Source: Candidatus Bathyarchaeota archaeon (GTDB taxonomy: Archaea; Thermoproteota; Bathyarchaeia; Bathyarchaeales; Bathycorpusculaceae). Taken from it: a stretch of 55,093 bases of DNA. Position numbers and translations under genes: made by a program. Numbering within the stretch: the first letter of the stretch is position 1; each line of letters starts with the position of its first letter. The notes below the pieces were generated by a model that did not search any database, had not been told where the DNA came from, and saw only the letters and a list, made by a program, of their open reading frames with translations. The stretch lies in NCBI GenBank assembly GCA_030673805.1, contig DAOVIH010000001.1:1-55093 (forward strand), written 5' to 3'. Below, piece after piece: positions 49,226 through 55,093 of the stretch.

Positions 49226-50716
49226 CTAGCAAGGCTGTGTTATTTCAACTTTGTGCTTGCTTTTCCATTCTTTCAAAGGTACCCCGAAGTGTCGTTCTAT
49301 TTCAGGGCGGTGAATAGAATTCATGGTGCAGAAGGGCACTATTCGTCCGTCCGGAATGGCATAGTGGATTACGCATTGTTGAACTCTTTCCAAATCGAAA
49401 TTGTAAGGATCCATGAAGTGCATCGCAGAAAGCAATATAGTCTTTCTCTGTAAATCGCCTAGTGCTTTGTAGCTTCCTTCTTTCAAGACTCTAAAAACAT
49501 ATTTCCTTAGAAAGTTGAATTTCACATCCTTCAGAGCTCCGATAAGGCGCAACTTGGCTTTGGTTTTGTTTCCTTTTGTAGCGTCCTCATTAACTTTTTT
49601 CATGGTTTCCAAAAACTTTTCGATGTTTACATACCGAGTTATTGGAATGACGGTACCATTCTCAACAAAAAGATATGTAGCCATGCCACAGTGAGGGTGG
49701 GCTGTAAACTCTACAAATTGTTTTTCGTTTAGGGTTCCCACTGCTCTTGAAATAGGCACCACTGTGGGGACTGGAAGAAAGTCTGAGATTTTGATCTTTC
49801 CCCCTGTTTGTTTTTCTACAAGTTCCATGAAATCTGGAATTGTAATGCGCATTTTTTCCCGTTCTTGTTGTGGAAGCCTACCACACAAAGAGACAGGCTG
49901 AACGTTTATGCACCGGATTATGTCGAAGTTTTGAACAGCAAAACCTATTATGTCTCCGAGCTGAGAGTCATTAACGCCTTTAACTAGGGTTACTACTAAT
50001 ACTATGCTCTCTATTCCAGCGCTACGGCAGTTTTCGATTGCCTTCAACTTGGTCTCTAACAGGTCGACCCCTCGGATGGACGTGTAAACATCAGGTGTTA
50101 AACCGTCGAATTGTAGGTATATAGTACTTGTTCCCGCATCTTTCAGCTGCCGACAATAATCGACACTTTGGGCAAGTCTAACCCCATTTGTGTTAACTTC
50201 AACATGATGGAATCCGAGTTCTTTCGCTTTTCGTATCAGATCGGATAGATCGTTGCGGATGGTTGGTTCTCCACCTGAGAATTGTAAGGCTACGGCGGGC
50301 ACTGGATCGTTCTGACGCAAGTTTTTGAGCATAGCCACAATTTCTTTTTGTGTTGGCTCGTAAACATATCCAGCCTCGGCGGCGTTGGCAAAGCATACTG
50401 GGCATTTAAGGTTGCATCTATTGGTAACATCAATTATTGCAAGTACGGTGTGGGACTTGTGTTCGGGGCATATACCACAGTCAAAAGGACAGCCCTTGAC
50501 GGTTTTAGTTCGAGGGTTGTTCAATCCTTTGCCTTCGCATCTGAGTTTTTCAGCCCGCAAGTATTGTTCGTAGTCAGACCAGTAGAGTTCTTTGAAAAAA
50601 CCGTGTTCGGGGCAGCTTTTTCTGATATATACTTTGTTCGCTTCCTCAAAGATCGTAGCATCTAGTACTTTGAGGCATTCGGGACATACAGTTTTTGTTT
50701 TCTTGATGAATTGCAT
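49226..50716 (-). CDS. tes: Radical SAM enzyme, tetraether lipid synthase (Tes / GDGT-MAS)-like
   Basis: The N-terminal CPEC...CPEHG is rubredoxin-like. It is followed by GCPFDCGICPEH (auxiliary cluster) and CNLKCPVCF (radical SAM), and the protein is about 500 aa. This layout matches my recollection of MJ0619-type Tes proteins and was not verified by search. Confidence 0.6.
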   Translation of the reverse strand: MQFIKKTKTVCPECLKVLDATIFEEANKVYIRKSCPEHGFFKELYWSDYEQYLRAEKLRCEGKGLNNPRTKTVKGCPFDCGICPEHKSHTVLAIIDVTNRCNLKCPVCFANAAEAGYVYEPTQKEIVAMLKNLRQNDPVPAVALQFSGGEPTIRNDLSDLIRKAKELGFHHVEVNTNGVRLAQSVDYCRQLKDAGTSTIYLQFDGLTPDVYTSIRGVDLLETKLKAIENCRSAGIESIVLVVTLVKGVNDSQLGDIIGFAVQNFDIIRCINVQPVSLCGRLPQQEREKMRITIPDFMELVEKQTGGKIKISDFLPVPTVVPISRAVGTLNEKQFVEFTAHPHCGMATYLFVENGTVIPITRYVNIEKFLETMKKVNEDATKGNKTKAKLRLIGALKDVKFNFLRKYVFRVLKEGSYKALGDLQRKTILLSAMHFMDPYNFDLERVQQCVIHYAIPDGRIVPFCTMNSIHRPEIERHFGVPLKEWKSKHKVEITQPC

Positions 50717-50805
50717 ATTTGAATCTACCTTCTGGCAAGTGAGTCTTCGAAGGGTTTAAGAGAAATAGAATAAATAATAAGGTTTCCAAACTTTTCATAA
50801 GGTTA

Positions 50806-51570
50806 TTGAGGGGGGTTTGTTTGCCAATAAGCAGAAAGGCAAGAACAGTTCTGCGCGAAATGGAAATGGGCGCTTATGAAATCGACACTTATGTCACGTT
50901 GCTTGGAGGTGGACGGATGACGGCTATGGAGGTAAGTAAAGAAGCGAAGGTGCCATACTCTAAAATTTATGAAGTTTTGAATTCTCTAAAAGATAAAGGC
51001 TGGATAGAGAGCACATTTGCCCGCCCGTTCAAATATTATCCAACGTCACCACTTGAGGCAGTTGCGCTTGCCAGACTCAAACTAGAAGATAGGTGTAAAA
51101 GTTGGGAGCAAGCTGCTATTGAGGAATTACAGCCATTATACGAAAAGAGGGAATTAGTTGAACGCCCTGACGTAATAATACTGCATGGTCAAAAGGCAGT
51201 TCTGTCGAAGTTAGAAGAAATCCTAAAGAAGGCCGCGAAGGAAGTCATGATTGCCGCTCCTGAATTCGTGAGAGGATTAATCACATCATCAGAGTTTCCG
51301 TTGAATGTACTTGAAAATGCCGTGGAAATCAGGCTTATGGTGGCTGGAAAAGCTGAAGACTGGCTTTTCCTGAAAGGATTTTCGAAAATAGATGAATTAA
51401 GGGTAAGGGATAACATGTTTGGTGGGGGAGTTATTGCAGATAGCAAAGAGGCTATGCTTTTTCTTGGAGAAGAACAACCTAACCTAGTGATATGGAGCAA
51501 CCATCTGGGCTTAGTTCGTTTCGCTCGAGAGTACTTCCAGTTTCTCTGGGATACCTCTGCCGCTGTCTGA
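50806..51570 (+). CDS. TrmB-family transcriptional regulator
   Basis: GAYEIDTYVTLLGGGRMTAMEVSKEAKVPYSKIYEVLNSLKDKGWIE is the TrmB wHTH, followed by a C-terminal effector-like domain. The start is TTG. Confidence 0.8.
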   Translation: MRGVCLPISRKARTVLREMEMGAYEIDTYVTLLGGGRMTAMEVSKEAKVPYSKIYEVLNSLKDKGWIESTFARPFKYYPTSPLEAVALARLKLEDRCKSWEQAAIEELQPLYEKRELVERPDVIILHGQKAVLSKLEEILKKAAKEVMIAAPEFVRGLITSSEFPLNVLENAVEIRLMVAGKAEDWLFLKGFSKIDELRVRDNMFGGGVIADSKEAMLFLGEEQPNLVIWSNHLGLVRFAREYFQFLWDTSAAV

Positions 51571-51623
51571 TTGATAGACTGCACAACGTTGGTGATAAAA
51601 AAAGAGGGGAAAAGATTGTAAAA

Positions 51624-51845
51624 CTATCTGCCCAACACTTTTTTTCCAGCTATTTCTATGTCCTCAGCTTTGATTGTCTTTCGCCCAGCATGCATGGCAA
51701 AGTCCAAGGCTTCTTTCGCAATTTTGAGTCCCACATCCTCCAAGACTTTAGCTAATTCTTTTGCGGCGGCTTCACTTACTCTATCTGCTCCAGCTTTTTT
51801 GCATAACCTGTGCATAGGAGCTACAGCTAGTTCTAAATTGGTCAT
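51624..51845 (-). CDS. Archaeal histone (HMf family)
   Basis: The 73-aa histone fold reads [67 protein letters not shown] lies 6 nt upstream. Confidence 0.9.
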   Translation of the reverse strand: MTNLELAVAPMHRLCKKAGADRVSEAAAKELAKVLEDVGLKIAKEALDFAMHAGRKTIKAEDIEIAGKKVLGR

Positions 51846-52133
51846 AGAGGTCCTCCGTTGCTTATTTCTCTTTTAAAATCAATATTTAACCTTTTTTATC
51901 CTTTATTTCCTAATTTGGCTTTAAAGAGGATTGTTCTTCACATAAAGAAGAAAAAATGGAGTTTCTTTTAATGCTTCAGCGTTGGTGTCTCACACTCAAC
52001 AAAGGTAGAAGTAGACGCCTGAATCAGCAATACATAAACTTAAATTAAACCCGCTGTTCTATGAGAAAATGCTTTCAGGTTATTGAAAGGGTGGATGGCT
52101 ATTAAAGCCTGAACAATACTTGAGGAACGATAT

Positions 52134-52364
52134 TTGGGTAAAGTTAAGACGGAACAAGTCAAGAGGGTAGCAAAGGAACTTATTCAACGATTCCCTGAGA
52201 AATTCTCCGGAAGTTTTGAAGAGAATAAACCCATAGTTGACATGCTAACTAAGGGAACAACAACAAAAGTACGTAACCAAATTGCAGGATACATTTCACG
52301 AGTGTTTTCGGGAACTACCACTGAAGCGGCAAGCAAAAGCGTGGACGAAGAAACGCAACCATAG
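52134..52364 (+). CDS. rps17e: Ribosomal protein S17e
   Basis: The sequence is MGKVKTEQVKRVAKELIQRFPEKFS...VRNQIAGYISR. The conserved MGKV N-terminus is encoded from a TTG codon. Confidence 0.9.
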   Translation: MGKVKTEQVKRVAKELIQRFPEKFSGSFEENKPIVDMLTKGTTTKVRNQIAGYISRVFSGTTTEAASKSVDEETQP

Positions 52365-52386
52365 AGTTACCTTTGGAGGGGAACGG

Positions 52387-52803
52387 ATGATAATCGATGA
52401 TTGTAGAAGAGGATGGGCACTTAGATACTTGCGTGAGGCGAAGGCGGAGATGGAAGCTGCACGAAAGATACCGTATATGGCACCCAGTTTGGTTTTGGAG
52501 GCTATTAAGAAAGCAAAAAACGCTATCTACTACAGCCTAGGGGAACCAGGGTTCATAGAGATACTTCTTAGGGAGGAGGCAAGAAAAGTTCAACAAACCA
52601 ACGATGGGATTTTAAGATTCTTGATAGAAATTGAATTTACGGTGCGACAACTTGGACAGCTGGGAGAAGCAGAAGGGGAGGTTATGCTTGAACAGGCCGA
52701 CATTCTGGTTCAGACGGCATCTGAGATCGTAGAGACTTGCACTGGAGAAAAAACGGATTCCGATCTGGATTATTTTGGGAACAGAAACTCAAGCATCGCA
52801 TAG
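52387..52803 (+). CDS. Hypothetical helical protein (138 aa)
   Basis: The ATG at 52387 follows a strong GGAGGGG SD and lies 23 nt after the rps17e stop. The all-helical sequence (RYLREAKAEMEAARK...) is vaguely HEPN-like, but I see no Rx4-6H motif. Confidence 0.45.
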   Translation: MIIDDCRRGWALRYLREAKAEMEAARKIPYMAPSLVLEAIKKAKNAIYYSLGEPGFIEILLREEARKVQQTNDGILRFLIEIEFTVRQLGQLGEAEGEVMLEQADILVQTASEIVETCTGEKTDSDLDYFGNRNSSIA

Positions 52804-53006
52804 TCCACTTTGAAGAAGGACTTCCGGTCAGAAATTGAATACACCCAAAAATACCGAAGTGTCTTGTCGCGAAGTGACAACGTCTAGGATAAAAATGATG
52901 CTGAAACTAGTTTCCGCGTTTACTTTCATAAAGCTCAAGATCTGTTCTAATTGGAAAAACTCCTGCAAATGGAAAATAATCAGTAATTGTTAGCTCTTGT
53001 CGTAAA

Positions 53007-53303
53007 GTGGGAAGAAAAGTGACGATCAAAATAAAGTTTGTTGGCCCTTTTCGTCATGTCGCAGGCATCGAGAAAATGGGGTTAGATAGGAAGAAAGAGG
53101 CTCCGCTCAAAGAAGTGTTACTAGATATCATAAAGGAGATACCTGCCCTCAAGGAGACTCTGTCTTACCGATCCTCTGATGATGCAAGAACGAATGTGTT
53201 GATACTAGTTAACGGCAGGGAAATTAGTGCCTTGGAGGGGCTAGAAACAGTTGTTAAGGACGAAGATGAGATAGTTTTTGTCCCAGTTGTCCACGGAGGA
53301 TGA
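53007..53303 (+). CDS. MoaD/ThiS-family ubiquitin-like small protein (SAMP-like), C-terminal GG
   Basis: The 98-aa protein reads VTIKIKFVGPFRHVAG...ILVNGREI...DEDEIVFVPVVHGG*. The beta-grasp pattern ends in a diglycine. The start is GTG. Confidence 0.8.
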   Translation: MGRKVTIKIKFVGPFRHVAGIEKMGLDRKKEAPLKEVLLDIIKEIPALKETLSYRSSDDARTNVLILVNGREISALEGLETVVKDEDEIVFVPVVHGG

Positions 53304-53673
53304 GCCCAACAAGGTTGTTAGGCCCCTCTGCCGGGAAACGAAAGGCTGAAATGATCTGACTGAATCTTCAAAATGTAGAAGCCGATTTTTCGGACAAAAA
53401 AAGTGTTGGACCCCTTGACAAACCGGTTTTTGGGCATTAACAAGTTGGGTGGAGAGGGCTAGTGGAACCAAAAAAACGGGGATTCTTTGACTGCTGAGAG
53501 GATGTCAAATCCATAGTAATTCTTTTCTTAAGCTTTTAGTCGTGATGAGGTCTGATTTGGAGTAGTAGGGGAAACAACTTCTGTTCCTCACAGTTCGGGA
53601 TTGGGGGGTCACACATAGTACAATATCGTAAAGCTTAATACACAATATAGTAATTAGAGTATTGGGCGGTCCC

Positions 53674-54204
53674 ATGGGAAAAGCGGCTTTGACAGCACCT
53701 CTTTACATTTCAGTAGCTTGGATATTGATGACTAGCTACCAGCTTTTCACTGAAACAGCCGTGACGTCAGTTGTACCATACGTAAACGAACTTCTCCCCT
53801 CAGTGGGACTATGGCTTGTTCACAGACTAGATATGATCGTTTTTGTAACTGCTTTTGCATGGGTCTTCATTTTGTCCTCAGTGATACCCAGCGTTATTCT
53901 CGGAAAAGAACGGGGCGTCCTTGCACAGTTTGCCGTTTGCCTGTCATTAACATTCTCATCCATCATCATATTAGACGTTCTAAGAGTCTATCTAGGAATT
54001 CAAGTGAATCAAGTGTTTCAGTTTAACGCTCTATTTGACAATCCCGTCTTAGCTGTGGGGTATCTATCGTTACCCTATGCACTTATGTTTGCACTGGATT
54101 TTAGATCGAGAAATAGGAAAAAGAAGAAAGAGACCCTTGAAAGGCTAACTGAAACTTATTTGGAGACAGCAGAACCCATAGAACAGAAATATCAAAGAGC
54201 CTGA
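53674..54204 (+). CDS. Hypothetical integral membrane protein
   Basis: The protein has four or five hydrophobic helices and a basic C-terminal tail (RSRNRKKKKE). I chose the ATG at 53674 within the ORF that begins at TTG 53662. Confidence 0.5.
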   Translation: MGKAALTAPLYISVAWILMTSYQLFTETAVTSVVPYVNELLPSVGLWLVHRLDMIVFVTAFAWVFILSSVIPSVILGKERGVLAQFAVCLSLTFSSIIILDVLRVYLGIQVNQVFQFNALFDNPVLAVGYLSLPYALMFALDFRSRNRKKKKETLERLTETYLETAEPIEQKYQRA

Positions 54205-54222
54205 TATACTAGCTAAGCAGAA

Positions 54223-55020
54223 ATGACCATTCCAATTATCACGTTAATCACAGATTTTGGACTTAAAGATTCTTACGTCTCAGAAATCAAAGGGGTGATT
54301 TTAAGCATATCCCCCGCCTGCTTGATAGTTGATATTACGCATCAGATAGAGAAATTCAACATTAGGATGGGGGGTTTCTTGCTGGCTTCCGCTTCAAAGT
54401 ACTTCCCCGAAAATACAGTTCATGTAGGAGTTGTTGACCCGGGAGTGGGAACTGAAAGACGGTCAATAATAATAGAAACGATGCAGAGCTATCTTGTGGG
54501 ACCGGATAACGGCTTGTTGTTTCTAGCGGCCAAGAACCAAAGAGTAAGACGGATTCACGAAATAACAAATAAGGAGCTTATGAGCTCCAACATCTCAAAC
54601 ACCTTTCATGGAAGAGACATTTTTGCTCATGCGGCAGCTCACTTGGCGAAAGGAGTCCTTCCCGCGGAGTTTGGACCACCGATTCAGGGAATTGTAGAAC
54701 CAGCATTTGCAAAGGTTAAAAAGAAAGGCAATAAGCTAATCGGCGAAGTTTTACACATTGATGGTTTTGGGAATGTAATAACCAATATTGAAGAAAAAGA
54801 CGTGAAAGCCAGGATAACTGGGAATATAGTAAAAGTGGAATTGCCTAAAGCTGAGTTAAGGCTCGAATTCTGCAAGGCCTATTCAGAAGTCGAAACTGGA
54901 AAAACTTTGGCTATTGTAGGCGGTCACGGCCTTCTGGAAATATCTATAAACCGAGGAAATGCGGCCGATGAACACCAGATTGAAGTGGGCGATAAGATTT
55001 CAACAAGTTTTTCCTCCTAG
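54223..55020 (+). CDS. SAM hydrolase / SAM-dependent halogenase-family protein (DUF62, SAM hydroxide adenosyltransferase)
   Basis: The motifs ITLITDFGLKDSYVSEIKGVI, VGVVDPGVGTERR, GPDNGLL, FHGRDIFA and DGFGNVITN match the family. Confidence 0.85.
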   Translation: MTIPIITLITDFGLKDSYVSEIKGVILSISPACLIVDITHQIEKFNIRMGGFLLASASKYFPENTVHVGVVDPGVGTERRSIIIETMQSYLVGPDNGLLFLAAKNQRVRRIHEITNKELMSSNISNTFHGRDIFAHAAAHLAKGVLPAEFGPPIQGIVEPAFAKVKKKGNKLIGEVLHIDGFGNVITNIEEKDVKARITGNIVKVELPKAELRLEFCKAYSEVETGKTLAIVGGHGLLEISINRGNAADEHQIEVGDKISTSFSS

Positions 55021-55093
55021 ACTCCAAAGACGCATAATTGAAGATGAAAGAGGAAAAACGAAAAAATACCGTTTTGCAAAAATACTTGAAATA

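Noticed and set aside
53542-53555. GTGATGA followed by CTGA, as a C/D pair
   Set aside because: The 3-nt spacing leaves no room for a guide, and there is no second box pair or terminal stem.

Overview
This is an archaeal chromosomal segment, dense with housekeeping genes on both strands. Lineage markers are ribosomal proteins L7Ae, S28e, L24e, S3Ae (eS1), S17e, eS25 and eS26, plus TFB, Gar1, RpoK, an HMf-type histone, a thermosome and an intron-containing initiator tRNA-Met. eS25 and eS26 point to a TACK-type archaeon, but I cannot name the lineage from the sequence. Recognisable blocks are: a compact hisG-D-C-B-H-A-F-I operon; two tandem radical-SAM activase-like genes followed by a CofE-like gene; ADP-forming acetyl-CoA synthetase alpha; riboflavin kinase; inositol-phosphate synthase; GcvH next to a Nox/CoADR-type flavoprotein; class I GAPDH next to archaeal PGK; a GH57 amylase/glycosyltransferase cluster; PmbA/TldD; EndoQ; SerRS; a CDP-alcohol phosphatidyltransferase; dihydroorotase; TrpB2 with an ACT regulator; a Tes-like radical SAM enzyme; and a MoaD/SAMP-like protein. 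I found no rRNA, CRISPR array, integrase, transposase or obvious defence island, and no convincing self-contained novel multi-gene system. The most unusual direct observations are two conserved genes, hisH and an rpoK missed by the ORF track. Their conserved N-termini begin right after an in-frame upstream stop codon with no ATG/GTG/TTG available. Other leads are an N-domain-only glycosyltransferase paralog in front of its full-length copy, a GcvH/flavoprotein disulfide reductase pair, a tandem radical-SAM pair, an AT-rich islet of small winged-helix genes, and several long gene-free gaps. All product calls rest on motif recognition from memory and were not checked against any database.
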